From contig CBDBCR010000001.1 in assembly GCA_965203465.1 (NCBI GenBank), positions 384,001 through 448,000 on the forward strand: a stretch of DNA of 64,000 nucleotides. The letters run 5' to 3'. Made by a program: the position numbers and the translations under genes. Shown piece after piece: positions 9,824-19,291 of this stretch; positions within the stretch are counted from its first letter, which is position 1; each line of letters starts with the position of its first letter. The stretch comes from Nitrosopumilaceae archaeon. Lineage in GTDB: Archaea; Thermoproteota; Nitrososphaeria; Nitrososphaerales; Nitrosopumilaceae. The notes beneath the pieces were generated by a model. That model searched no databases, was not told where the DNA came from, and saw only the letters and a program-made list of their open reading frames with translations.

Positions 9824-10318
9824 TCACCACCTGTGTATCTGGGATTTTCCGGCGCCGGACTTTTCGTCCTGATCCGGGCTGCCGTACCTGCTCGACGGCC
9901 TTATCTCTATCTGGTTGGTGGACGAGACGTTGTATATGGGATCCCCGTTCCCGTTGAACAGGCGGCTCCTGTCTATGTTCGTCACGTTGGTGTAGATCTT
10001 GATCTTGGTCCCGTCGTCGAGAATATACTCGTTGAAGTCCTGGGATATGGTGTCGTACCTCATGTCCTTTTTTCCCACGGCCCTCTTGATCTCTTCTGCG
10101 CTGTGATCCTTGGTGTCGGGCTCGCCCTTGAGGGAGGGGTCGGCGTTGATGACTATGAGCGACTGGTCCTTTGTCTTGAAATACGGCTTGTTGTCCTTCA
10201 TCCTGCGCTCCACCCTGGTCAGTATGGTGCGCACCTTTAGGACGGAATTGTCTATGATCTGGTACTTGTTCCACGGCTCCTTTATTATCTCGAAATCCAG
10301 AGAGCGCACCTCGGACAT
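9824..10318 (-). CDS. Hypothetical protein with internally duplicated domain
   Basis: Clean ORF with normal codon use; repeats EPWNKYQIIDNSVLK / QDFNEYILDDGTKIK. Confidence 0.75.
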   Translation of the reverse strand: MSEVRSLDFEIIKEPWNKYQIIDNSVLKVRTILTRVERRMKDNKPYFKTKDQSLIVINADPSLKGEPDTKDHSAEEIKRAVGKKDMRYDTISQDFNEYILDDGTKIKIYTNVTNIDRSRLFNGNGDPIYNVSSTNQIEIRPSSRYGSPDQDEKSGAGKSQIHRW

Positions 10319-10490
10319 TTTCAGATCCGCCCCCGCGGCGCCGGCCGCGTACCTGCGGGGGCTGCGTGTTGGCGCACGGCCGCGGCCCGCCGCGAGGCGT
10401 TAATAATATTTCGAATGCGCCCGGCCGCCGCTCCGGGTCGGCGCGCGCGCCCCGCCCACAAATAAATACGGCCCGCCGGGGCCGCGCCGC

Positions 10491-11537
10491 GTGAAGGTGG
10501 GGATAGTGGGCGCGTCCGGCTACGTGGGCGGCGAGACGCTGCGCCTGCTCGTCAACCACCCCCGGGCCGAGCTTGCCGCGGTCACCTCGCGGCAGCACGC
10601 CGGACAGTACCTGCACCGCGTCCAGCCGAGCTTGCGCGGGTTCACGGATCTAAAGTTCACCGAGCTGGACTACGACCGGCTCTCGGATTCGTGCGATCTG
10701 GTCTTTACCGCCGTGCCTCACGGCACCGCCTCAGGGATAGTCAAAGAGCTGTACGAGCGCGGCCTCAAGGTGGTGGACCTGAGCGCCGACTTTAGGCTGC
10801 ACGAGCCGTCCGACTACGACAAGTGGTACGGGTGGACCCACCCCTGCCCCGAATACCTGGAAAAGTCCGTATTCGGGGTGCCCGAGCTGCACCGCGACCG
10901 GATACGCGGCGCGCAGCTGGTCTCGTGCCCCGGCTGCATGGCCGTCACCTCGGTGCTGGCGCTGGCCCCGCTGGTGCGCGAGAACCTGGTGGACACCGAC
11001 CACATCGTGGTCGATTCCAAGATAGGCTCGTCGGGCGCCGGCTCGGGATCGGGCACCTCGCACGCCATGCGGGCCGGCGTGATACGGCCCTACAAGCCGG
11101 CGCGCCACCGCCACACCGGCGAGATAGAGCAGGAGCTGAGCGAGGCGGCCGGCAGAAAGATACGCGTCTCGATGAGCCCGCACGCGGTCGACGTGGTGCG
11201 CGGCATACTGTGCACCAACCACGTCTTCCTGTCCCGCGACATCGACGAGCGGGGCCTCTGGCGCGTGTATCGCGCCGCCTACGGCGAGGAGCGCTTCGTG
11301 AGGCTCATACGCGACAAGAGCGGCCTGTACAAGTTCCCGGATCCAAAGTTCCTCGTGGGATCAAACTTTTGCGACGTCGGCTTCGACGTGGACGAGGACA
11401 ACCGGAGGATAGTGGCGCTCTCGGCCTCGGACAACCTGATGAAGGGCGCGGCCGGCTCGGCGGTGCAGAACATGAACGTCATGGCGGGCTTCGGGGAGGA
11501 AGAGGGGCTGATGCAGACGCCCCTCACGCCGGTATGA
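10491..11537 (+). CDS. argC: LysW-aminoadipyl/glutamyl-phosphate reductase (ArgC/LysY)
   Basis: GASGYVG, PHG, DLSADFRL, CPGC, SGAG, DNLMKGAAG. Confidence 0.95.
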   Translation: MKVGIVGASGYVGGETLRLLVNHPRAELAAVTSRQHAGQYLHRVQPSLRGFTDLKFTELDYDRLSDSCDLVFTAVPHGTASGIVKELYERGLKVVDLSADFRLHEPSDYDKWYGWTHPCPEYLEKSVFGVPELHRDRIRGAQLVSCPGCMAVTSVLALAPLVRENLVDTDHIVVDSKIGSSGAGSGSGTSHAMRAGVIRPYKPARHRHTGEIEQELSEAAGRKIRVSMSPHAVDVVRGILCTNHVFLSRDIDERGLWRVYRAAYGEERFVRLIRDKSGLYKFPDPKFLVGSNFCDVGFDVDEDNRRIVALSASDNLMKGAAGSAVQNMNVMAGFGEEEGLMQTPLTPV

Positions 11538-12328
11538 TCGTGGTAAAGATCGGCGGCAGCGTCGTCGACGAGCTGCACCCGTCGGCCGTGGCCGAGATGG
11601 GAAGGGCCGCCGGCGGGCTGGTCCTGGTGCACGGGGGCGGCAAGGAGGTCACGCGCGTGTGCGAATCGCTGGGCAAGGAGGCGCGCTTCGTGACCTCGCC
11701 GGGCGGCATACGCAGCCGGTACACCGACGAGGAGACCGCCGAGATATTCACGATGGTGATGGCCGGCAGGATAGGCAAGGGAATAGTGCGGATGCTGCAA
11801 AAGGCCGGCGTGCGCGCCGTCGGTCTGTCCGGTATCGACGGCGGCCTGATGCGCGCCGAGCGCAAAAAAAGGCTGGTCATAGTCAACGAGCGCGGGCGCC
11901 GGCAGGCCATAGATGGCGGCTACACGGGCCGCATAACGTCGGTGGACGCGTCTTTGTTGCGCTCGCTGGCCGGCTCCGGGATAGTGCCGGTGGTCTCGCC
12001 GGTGGCCCTCGGGGAGGGCCACGAGCTGCTCAACGTGGACGGGGACAGGGCCGCGGCCCACGTGGCCGGCAGCGTGGGCGCCGACCACGCCCTGTTCGTG
12101 ACCGACGTGGACGGCATAATGATGGACGGCAGGCTGGTCGGGCGCCTGACGCGCGGCGAGGCCGAAGAGCTGCGCCCCAAGATGGGCCCGGGCATGGAAA
12201 AGAAGGTGCTAGCCGCCACCGAGGCCCTCAAGATGGGCGTCGGCTCTGCCCTCATAGCCAGCGGCAAGAGGGAAAATCCTATATCAAGGGCAGTCTCGCG
12301 CGAGGGCTGCACGGTAATCGAGGGATGA
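11534..12328 (+). CDS. argB: LysW-aminoadipate/glutamate kinase (ArgB/LysZ)
   Basis: VKIGGS, VHGGG, SRYTD, LNVDGD, GMEKK. Confidence 0.93.
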   Translation: MIVVKIGGSVVDELHPSAVAEMGRAAGGLVLVHGGGKEVTRVCESLGKEARFVTSPGGIRSRYTDEETAEIFTMVMAGRIGKGIVRMLQKAGVRAVGLSGIDGGLMRAERKKRLVIVNERGRRQAIDGGYTGRITSVDASLLRSLAGSGIVPVVSPVALGEGHELLNVDGDRAAAHVAGSVGADHALFVTDVDGIMMDGRLVGRLTRGEAEELRPKMGPGMEKKVLAATEALKMGVGSALIASGKRENPISRAVSREGCTVIEG

Positions 12329-13482
12329 CGGAAGATCAGATGGGGAACCTCTACCAGCGGTTCCCCGTAACGGTGGAAAGCGGGCTCGGGGCGCGCGTCC
12401 GGGACGCCTCGGGCCGCGAGTACATCGACTGCATGGGCGGCTACGGCGTGGCCGTGGTGGGCCACCGCAACCCGCGCGTAACCCGGGCCATACACGAGCA
12501 GGCAGACAAGATAACGGCCGTACACGCCTCGACGTACAGCGCGACGCGCGAGAGGTTCCTCGGCGAGCTTGCGAGGGCTGCCCCGCGCGGCCTGACCGGC
12601 GTGCACCTAAACAACAGCGGCGCCGAATCGGTCGAGGCGGCCGCAAAGTTTGCGCGCCGCTTCACCTCCAAGCCGGCCGCCGTGGCCATGCGCGGCTCAT
12701 ACCACGGCAAGTCGATGGGGGCCCTCTCGCTCACGTTCAACCCCAAGTACCGCCGGCCGTTCGAGCCGCTGCCCGGGCCCGTCTCGTTCTCGCCGTTCGG
12801 CGACGCGGCCGCGCTCGAAGAGGCGGTCACCGGGCAGACCGGCATGGTGATAATGGAGCCGGTCCAGGGCGAGAGCGGCATACACGTGCCGCCCGACGGG
12901 TTTTTGCGCGAGGCGCGGCGCATATGCGACGAGCGCGGCGCGCTGCTAGTCTTCGACGAGATACAGGCGGGCCTGGGCAGGACCGGCCGCATGTGGGCAT
13001 CCGACCACGAAGGCGTGGAGCCGGACATCATGTGCGTGGCGAAGGGGATAGCCGGCGGCGTGCCGATGGGGGCCACCCTGGTGAGGCGCGACGTGCTCGA
13101 ATCGATGGGCAAGGGCGAGCACTCGTCGACGTTCGGCGGCAACCCGCTCGCGTGCGCGGCCGGCGCGGCCGCGCTGGAGTCCATCCGGGAGGACCGGCTG
13201 CCGGACAACGCGGCCCGCACGGGGCGCCTGATGCTCGACGGCCTGCAGGAGATGGCCGGGCGCGTGCCCGCGGTGCGCGAGGTGCGCGGCCGCGGGCTGA
13301 TGATCGGCGTGGAGCTAAAGTCGGATGTGCGGCCCGTGCTGGAAAAATGCATGGAGGCGGGCCTGCTGGTGCTGTACTCGGGGCGCAGCGTGGTCCGGCT
13401 GCTGCCGCCGCTCGTGCTGACAGAGGAGGACGCGCAAAGGGCGCTGCAGATACTGGAGGAGGCGATAAAGGGTGCATCTTGA
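12325..13482 (+). CDS. argD: LysW-aminoadipate semialdehyde/glutamate semialdehyde transaminase (ArgD/LysJ)
   Basis: SGAES, YHGKS, EPVQGE, FDEIQAGLGRTG, AKGIAGG, TFGGNP. Confidence 0.93.
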   Translation: MTEDQMGNLYQRFPVTVESGLGARVRDASGREYIDCMGGYGVAVVGHRNPRVTRAIHEQADKITAVHASTYSATRERFLGELARAAPRGLTGVHLNNSGAESVEAAAKFARRFTSKPAAVAMRGSYHGKSMGALSLTFNPKYRRPFEPLPGPVSFSPFGDAAALEEAVTGQTGMVIMEPVQGESGIHVPPDGFLREARRICDERGALLVFDEIQAGLGRTGRMWASDHEGVEPDIMCVAKGIAGGVPMGATLVRRDVLESMGKGEHSSTFGGNPLACAAGAAALESIREDRLPDNAARTGRLMLDGLQEMAGRVPAVREVRGRGLMIGVELKSDVRPVLEKCMEAGLLVLYSGRSVVRLLPPLVLTEEDAQRALQILEEAIKGAS

Positions 13483-13969
13483 CGAGGCCAACGAGACAGT
13501 GCTGAGGATGCTACAGGAGAACTCGCGCGTCTCGTTCGTGGAGCTGGGCGCGGCCCTGGGCATATCCGAGTCGGCCGTGCGCCGCCGCGTAAAGTCGCTG
13601 GTAGACGGCGGCGTGATACGCCGCTTCACGGTGGAGCTGGGCGACCGCGGCACGGCCAGCGCCGTGGTATTGGCGTCGGTGGATTCGGGCTCGGAGACCT
13701 CCGAGGTGGCCTCGCGGCTGCTCGAGCTGCCCGGCGCCGAGACCATCTACGAGATCACCGGCCAGTACGACATCATGGCCGTAATCACGGCCCCCAGCAT
13801 AGGCGAGATAAACTCGTCCATAGACGGGTTGCGCAAGGTGCCCGGGGTGACCAACACCAACACCGTGATAATACTGCGCAGGGTGCGCCGCGACGCGCCA
13901 AAGCCGGATCTTGCGGAAAGCTCCTCCAAGCGCCGCAAAAAGCCGGAATCCGGCGCGCGGGGGGCCTAG
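13472..13969 (+). CDS. lysM: Lrp/AsnC regulator LysM
   Basis: Lrp HTH (ENSRVSFVELG..LGISESAVRRRV), ITGQYD; position within the lys operon. Confidence 0.88.
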   Translation: MHLDEANETVLRMLQENSRVSFVELGAALGISESAVRRRVKSLVDGGVIRRFTVELGDRGTASAVVLASVDSGSETSEVASRLLELPGAETIYEITGQYDIMAVITAPSIGEINSSIDGLRKVPGVTNTNTVIILRRVRRDAPKPDLAESSSKRRKKPESGARGA

Positions 13970-14022
13970 GGCCGCCGGATCCGCACCCGAGTGTTTTTAA
14001 TACGCCCGCGCCGGGATCCCGC

Positions 14023-15225
14023 GTGGACTACAACCGGCACGCGCGCGCGTACAACCGGCAGGGCCGCAGGCGCGCGCGCATACGGGTGCTCGACAGCACC
14101 CTGCGCGAGGGCGAGCAGCACCCCGGCGTCTCGTTCACCAACAAGCAGCGCATACAGATAGCCTGGATGCTAGACTACTTTGGGGTGGACCAGATAGAGA
14201 TCTCGCCGGTCATATCCGACGACCACCGCCGGGCCGTCTCGGACATACTAAAGCAGGGGCTGCGCGCCGACATCGTCGCGCACGGCCGCGCGCTGCGCGA
14301 GGACATCGACGTGTCCGCGTCGTGCGGGGCGCGGTGGGTCGCCGCGTACCTGGGCATATCGGACGTGCACCTGCAGGACAAGCTGCGCATATCGCGCGAG
14401 GAGGCGCTCGAGCGCGCGCGCGACACTGTAGAGTACGCAAAGTCGCGCGGCCTCAAGATAAGGTTCACCGTCGAGGACGGCAGCCGCGCGGATCCGAAGT
14501 TTTTGCTACAGGTGTGCAGGGCCATATCGGACGCCGGCGTGGACCGCATCAGCCTGCCCGACACGGTCGGCATCATGCGCCCGCTGGGCATGCGCAACTT
14601 TGTCTCGCGGGTACGCAGGGCCGTCTCGGTGCCGCTCGACGTGCACGTGCACAACGACATGGGCCTCGCGCTGGCAAACGCGCTGGCAGCGTGCGACGCC
14701 GGCGCCGACCAGATACACGCCACGATAGACGGCATCGGCGAGAGGACAGGGATACCGTCCCTGGCCGAGGTGGCCGTGGTCCTTACGCACCTGTACGATT
14801 CGGACAACGACTTTAGGCTCGACATGCTCGGGGACCTTTCGCGCCTGATAGAGACGTACGCGGGCCTGCGCCCGTACGATTCGAAGCCGGTAGTCGGCTC
14901 GTCCGCCTACAAGCACAAGGCAGGCACGCACTTGGCCGCGGTGCTGCGCAACCCGGCCGCCTACGAGCCCATCCCGCCGCGCTCGGTGGGGAACCGGCGC
15001 CGCATAGTCTTTGGCGAGCTTGCCGGCAGGACAGGCGCGGCCCACCTGCTCTCGCTGCTCGGCTTGGAGGGGAGCGAGGAGCAGGCGCGCACCGTCGCTG
15101 CCGGCCTCAAGGGCCTGCGTATGGGCGACCTGGTCGAGATACCGCTGGACGACGGGCCGGCGGCACTAGAAAAGAAAATAAGCCGCCGCGGCGGGGCCGG
15201 GGGGAGACTCGATGGCAAAGTGTAG
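14023..15225 (+). CDS. Homocitrate synthase (LeuA/AksA family)
   Basis: DSTLREGEQ, PDTVG, HVHNDMG, GIGERTG, HKAGTH; lys operon context. Confidence 0.88.
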   Translation: MDYNRHARAYNRQGRRRARIRVLDSTLREGEQHPGVSFTNKQRIQIAWMLDYFGVDQIEISPVISDDHRRAVSDILKQGLRADIVAHGRALREDIDVSASCGARWVAAYLGISDVHLQDKLRISREEALERARDTVEYAKSRGLKIRFTVEDGSRADPKFLLQVCRAISDAGVDRISLPDTVGIMRPLGMRNFVSRVRRAVSVPLDVHVHNDMGLALANALAACDAGADQIHATIDGIGERTGIPSLAEVAVVLTHLYDSDNDFRLDMLGDLSRLIETYAGLRPYDSKPVVGSSAYKHKAGTHLAAVLRNPAAYEPIPPRSVGNRRRIVFGELAGRTGAAHLLSLLGLEGSEEQARTVAAGLKGLRMGDLVEIPLDDGPAALEKKISRRGGAGGRLDGKV

Positions 15226-15367
15226 CGAGTGCGACGGGCAGGTAGAGGTGCCCGGCGACGCGGTGGACGGAGAGATAGTCACCTGCCCAGAGTGCGGCGC
15301 GAGCTTTGAGGTGGCAGGCTCCAGCCTCAAGCCGGCCCAGACGGTCGGCGAGGACTGGGGGCAGTGA
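15212..15367 (+). CDS. lysW: Amino-group carrier protein LysW (ends EDWGQ)
   Basis: Below ORF-track cutoff; MAKCSECD...CPECGASFEV...TVGEDWGQ*; lies between homocitrate synthase and lysX. Confidence 0.93.
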   Translation: MAKCSECDGQVEVPGDAVDGEIVTCPECGASFEVAGSSLKPAQTVGEDWGQ

Positions 15368-16197
15368 CCGTCACAGTACTGTACGACTCGATAAGGTGGG
15401 AGGAAAAGGCCCTCTTGGAGGCGGGCCGCAAAAAGGGCGTCGAAGTGCGGATGGTCGACTGCCGCGCCATGTCGCTGGACCTGGACGGCCCGGCTCCGCT
15501 CGAAGGCGCGGTATTGCAGAGGTGCGTAAGTTATTACCGCAGCGTGCACTCGACGGCGGCCCTCGAGGGCATGGGCGCGCGCGTGATCAACCGCCTTGAA
15601 TCGGCGCTGCTGGCCGGCAACAAGCTGTTCACGCACATGCTGTTGCGCTCGGCAGGCGTCCGGGCCCCGCGCGCGTCGGTCTCGTTTTCGCGCGAGGCCG
15701 CCGTGGAGTCGTTCGGCCGGCTGGGCTACCCGCGCGTGCTAAAGCCGACCGTCGGCAGCTGGGGCCGGATGGTCTCGCAGCTTGGCGGGCGCGAGGCCGC
15801 CGACTGCCTGCTGGCCGAGCGCGAGACGATGCACCCCATACACCACGTGCACTACACCGAAGAGCTCGTAAAGCGCCCGCCGCGCGACATACGCGCCATC
15901 GTGGTCGGCGACGAGGTGGTCGCGGCCATATACCGCAACTCGGACCACTGGAAGACCAACATGGCGCTGGAGGGCAGGGCCGAGCCGTGCCCGGTGGACG
16001 GGCAGATGGAAGACATTTGCATAAAGGCGCGCGACGCGGTAAAGGGGCAGATAGTGGGGGTGGATCTGATGGAGGACAGCGAGCGCGGCCTGGTGGTCCA
16101 CGAGGTCAACAACACCACAGAGTACAAGAACACGGTCCGGGTCTGCGGGGTGGACGTGCCCTCCAAGATGCTAGAGTACGCCTCGTCGGTGGCCTGA
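15364..16197 (+). CDS. lysX: Alpha-aminoadipate-LysW ligase (RimK/ATP-grasp)
   Basis: RWEEK, QRCVSY, KPTVGSWGR, RDIR, WKTN, EVNNTTEYK. Confidence 0.94.
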   Translation: MTVTVLYDSIRWEEKALLEAGRKKGVEVRMVDCRAMSLDLDGPAPLEGAVLQRCVSYYRSVHSTAALEGMGARVINRLESALLAGNKLFTHMLLRSAGVRAPRASVSFSREAAVESFGRLGYPRVLKPTVGSWGRMVSQLGGREAADCLLAERETMHPIHHVHYTEELVKRPPRDIRAIVVGDEVVAAIYRNSDHWKTNMALEGRAEPCPVDGQMEDICIKARDAVKGQIVGVDLMEDSERGLVVHEVNNTTEYKNTVRVCGVDVPSKMLEYASSVA

Positions 16198-16198
16198 G

Positions 16199-17326
16199 TT
16201 GGACCACATCACTCCCACCCCGCGGTACGCCGAAAAGATGCTAGAAAAGGCGCTGCGCCTGTACACGCCGTCGATGTCCGAGGGTCCGCTGGCCGAATTC
16301 TTGGCGGACAAGTGCGACGACCTGGGCTTCGAGGACATACGAATAGACGAGGCCGGCAACCTCGTGGCGAGGAAGGGGCGCGGGCGGCCCGTGATCATGC
16401 TGTGCAGCCACATGGACACGGTGCCGGGGCGCATACGCGTCAGGAGGGACGGGGACCTGCTGTACGGGCGCGGCTCGTCGGACGCGAAGGGGCCGCTCAT
16501 GGCGATGCTCTTCGCCGCGGCGTCGGCCTCGGACTGCACCGTCGTGTTCGTGGGGGCAGTCGACGAGGAGGGAAACGCGGCCGGCATAAAGCACCTGGCC
16601 AGCCAAAAGCTGGACATCGACTACGCCATATTCGGCGAGCCCAGCGGCCTCCACCAGGTGACGGTCGGCTACAAGGGGAGGCTGGCCATCAGCCTGCGCG
16701 TGGACGCGGGCGACAGCTCGCACGCGAGCGCCCCCTGGCTTTCAAAGAACGCCATAGAAGAGTCGGCGGTCTTTACGGCGCGCCTCAAAAAGGCGCTCGA
16801 ATCGGGCCAGGAGGGCAGGCAGCGCGCCCTGATGCTGACGGCCACGGTGACCGAGGTCAAGGGGGGCACCAGCCACAACGTCACCCCAAAAGAGTGCGAG
16901 ACGACCATGGACATACGGATACCCGCCGACGCGGGCTGCAAGGCCGTCGAGGAGAGGATAGCCACGGCGGTTCGCGAGATCTCGCGCGAGCGCGGCGTCG
17001 AGGCGTTCTATTCCATACTCGACGAGACCGAGCCGTTCGAGACCGAGCCGCGCTCGATGCTGGTGCGGGCCCTGACGCTGGCCGTGCGCGAGTGCGAGAA
17101 CGAGCACCCCTCGCTCATACGCAAGACCGGCACCGGGGACATGAACGTGATAGGCAACCGCATGTCGGTGCCCGTGGTCACGTACGGCCCCGGCGATCCG
17201 CACCTGGCCCACACGATGGAGGAGCGCATCTCGGTGGACGAGTACCTGCGCGGCATCGAGGTGCTAAAGGCGGCCATACGGCAGATAAAGCGGCTTCACG
17301 ACAGGGAGTCGGCCCGGCGGAAATGA
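16199..17326 (+). CDS. lysK: LysW-lysine/ornithine hydrolase (M20)
   Basis: SHMDTVPG, GRGSSDAKG, DEEG, GEPS, GTGDMN, YGPGD..LAH. Confidence 0.92.
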   Translation: MDHITPTPRYAEKMLEKALRLYTPSMSEGPLAEFLADKCDDLGFEDIRIDEAGNLVARKGRGRPVIMLCSHMDTVPGRIRVRRDGDLLYGRGSSDAKGPLMAMLFAAASASDCTVVFVGAVDEEGNAAGIKHLASQKLDIDYAIFGEPSGLHQVTVGYKGRLAISLRVDAGDSSHASAPWLSKNAIEESAVFTARLKKALESGQEGRQRALMLTATVTEVKGGTSHNVTPKECETTMDIRIPADAGCKAVEERIATAVREISRERGVEAFYSILDETEPFETEPRSMLVRALTLAVRECENEHPSLIRKTGTGDMNVIGNRMSVPVVTYGPGDPHLAHTMEERISVDEYLRGIEVLKAAIRQIKRLHDRESARRK

Positions 17327-18384
17327 CCCTGTGGTTCGTCGGCGCCGGCCTGTGCGGGTACGGCGGCATGTCGCCCGACGCCCGCCGCGCGGTCTCGCGC
17401 TCGGCGGCCGTGTACGCCGACGTCTTTACCAGCCCGCTAGGCGACGGCGACCTGGAGAGCCTCTCGGGCATGGCCGGCGGCCGCGTGATCCGAGCCGAGC
17501 GCTGGATGGTCGAGGACGGCCGGCGGATACTAAAGTCCGCATCGGAGGGGGACGCGGCGCTCGTCTCCTGCGGGGATCCGTACGCGGCCACGACGCACGC
17601 GGAGCTGCGCACGCGCGCCGAGCTTGCCGGCATACCCACGCGCACGGTGCCGGCCCCGTCGGCGCCCTGGTCGGCGCTGGGCGAGTGCGGGCTGCACCAC
17701 TACAAGGCCGGGCGCACGGCCACCGTCATGGAGGACGCGCGCTCGTCCGAATCGACCTACTACGCGGTGCAGCGTAACATGGCCGCCGGCAGCCACACCG
17801 TCCTGCTGCTAGAGTACGACGCCTCGCGCGGCTTTTTCCTGGAGCCGGCAGCCGCGCTGCGCCTGCTGCTCGCGGCCGAGGAGGGGCAGCGGCGCGGGGC
17901 CGTCACGCCCGGCACGTTCTGCGTGGTGGCCTCGCGCGTGGGATCCGAAGGCCAGGCCGTCACGTCGGGCCTGGCCGGCAGGCTCCGCTCGATGGACTTT
18001 GGCGCCCCCCCGCACCTGATCATAGTGCCGGGCAGCCTGCACTTTACCGAGCGCGACTCGCTCAAGGCCCTGACGCGCTGCCTCGACGAACCGGTCTCCA
18101 ACTCTTCCGAGACGGTCGCGCGGCAGATGGTCTCGAGGTACGCGCCGGCCCTCGAAAAGTCGATCGCGGAGACTGAAAAGCTGTGCCGGCAGGAGGGGGC
18201 CGGGGCGGCGCTGGAGAACGCGAGGCTGTACGCGCGCGACGCCGAGGACTTTATGGACAGAGGCCGCGAGGAGACGGCCGTCCTCTGCGTCGGGTACGCC
18301 GAGGGGCTGCTCGACGGGCTGCGCCTGGCCTCGGGGCTGGACCCGGTGGGGGCCGGGCCGGGCGCCGGAGACGGGGGCGGCTAG
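17323..18384 (+). CDS. dph5: Diphthine synthase with C-terminal DUF357-like domain
   Basis: LWFVGAGL, GDPYAATTH, GLHHYK.G, HT..LL, PPH.IIVPG.LHFTE; C-terminal ENARLY..DA..F..G.....A..C.GYAEGLLD. Confidence 0.88.
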   Translation: MTLWFVGAGLCGYGGMSPDARRAVSRSAAVYADVFTSPLGDGDLESLSGMAGGRVIRAERWMVEDGRRILKSASEGDAALVSCGDPYAATTHAELRTRAELAGIPTRTVPAPSAPWSALGECGLHHYKAGRTATVMEDARSSESTYYAVQRNMAAGSHTVLLLEYDASRGFFLEPAAALRLLLAAEEGQRRGAVTPGTFCVVASRVGSEGQAVTSGLAGRLRSMDFGAPPHLIIVPGSLHFTERDSLKALTRCLDEPVSNSSETVARQMVSRYAPALEKSIAETEKLCRQEGAGAALENARLYARDAEDFMDRGREETAVLCVGYAEGLLDGLRLASGLDPVGAGPGAGDGGG

Positions 18385-18512
18385 CGGCCTCCGTCCGCCG
18401 GGATCGGGGGATCTTGAAGCCGTCCTGCGTTCGTAAACACCGCCTCGGGCTAGGGCGTGCCTGCCTGCGCCTCTTGCCCAAACGCTTCCAGCAGCTCACT
18501 CCGGCTCATACG

Positions 18513-19002
18513 CTAGGCGACACGTGCAAAAATTCCGGTTATTTGTTCAAGCGCCCAAAAGAACCATCCGTAGTGAAACGCAGACACACCCGCACGGCGG
18601 GCAAGATGCGCGTGTTCAATATCTGCGGGCCCCGAGCCGGAGTATCGATATCTCTTGGACGTAATTCCTACTGGGATGGGCTGTCTGCTGATCTCTAACA
18701 AGATCTGTCTGCAATAGTCGCTTGGGCGTAAATCGGGCGTGTACGATTCAAGCTTACCGTGCTCGTCCATATTTGGTATATATTTTATAAACTCTGCAAT
18801 AGCGTTTGTGCATCTTGATGTAGCAGCAGATTGAACACGTTCTGTCTCAATTGTTCGATCCAACGCCCCCCACAGTTTTTCTTCTTAGCACGTGTATAGT
18901 TTCTAACAGTACTACGTGAGACGCAACTACAATTCTGTCGTTGAGCATGTGCGCCGCCCAAATACCGCCGTCGTAATATTCGAGTTGTGGATCAGATGCC
19001 AC
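18513..19002 (-). pseudogene. Frameshifted PIN-domain (VapC-like) toxin
   Basis: EYYDGGIW, SHVVLLETIHVLRRK, ADIEHAHLARR; frameshift at the C6 run 18866-18871 and near 18572; lower GC. Confidence 0.6.
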
Positions 19003-19291
19003 TTCTAACAGATCGTATAATGTCCAAAGAATCCTCGCCCCCATCTACGTAATCCTCCAACAGGCCTTCTATGGTCTTTGGCGCATCCCCGTTGTATTCT
19101 ATGCCCAACAGCTCCCGTATACTGCGCAGTTGGCGCGTCGAATCGAGTCGCCGCGCTGAGTTTTGCCTCCTTTCGGCGTCTTGGATTCTCCCAACCGCCG
19201 AACGCGGGGTTCCAGCACCTGGATTCGAATCACGTCCTGTGCGCAACGTATCTGACTTGTTCGACACACGCCAGCCAACCACGCTGGCCAT
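18992..19291 (-). CDS. Putative (truncated) VapB-like antitoxin
   Basis: C-terminus TIEGLLEDYVDGGEDSLDIIRSVR is paralogous to 52266-52676; overlaps the PIN start. Confidence 0.5.
   Translation of the reverse strand: MASVVGWRVSNKSDTLRTGRDSNPGAGTPRSAVGRIQDAERRQNSARRLDSTRQLRSIRELLGIEYNGDAPKTIEGLLEDYVDGGEDSLDIIRSVRSGI

Noticed and set aside
17323-18384. Dph5-DUF357 fusion as a novelty
   Set aside because: Recalled as the usual architecture in this lineage
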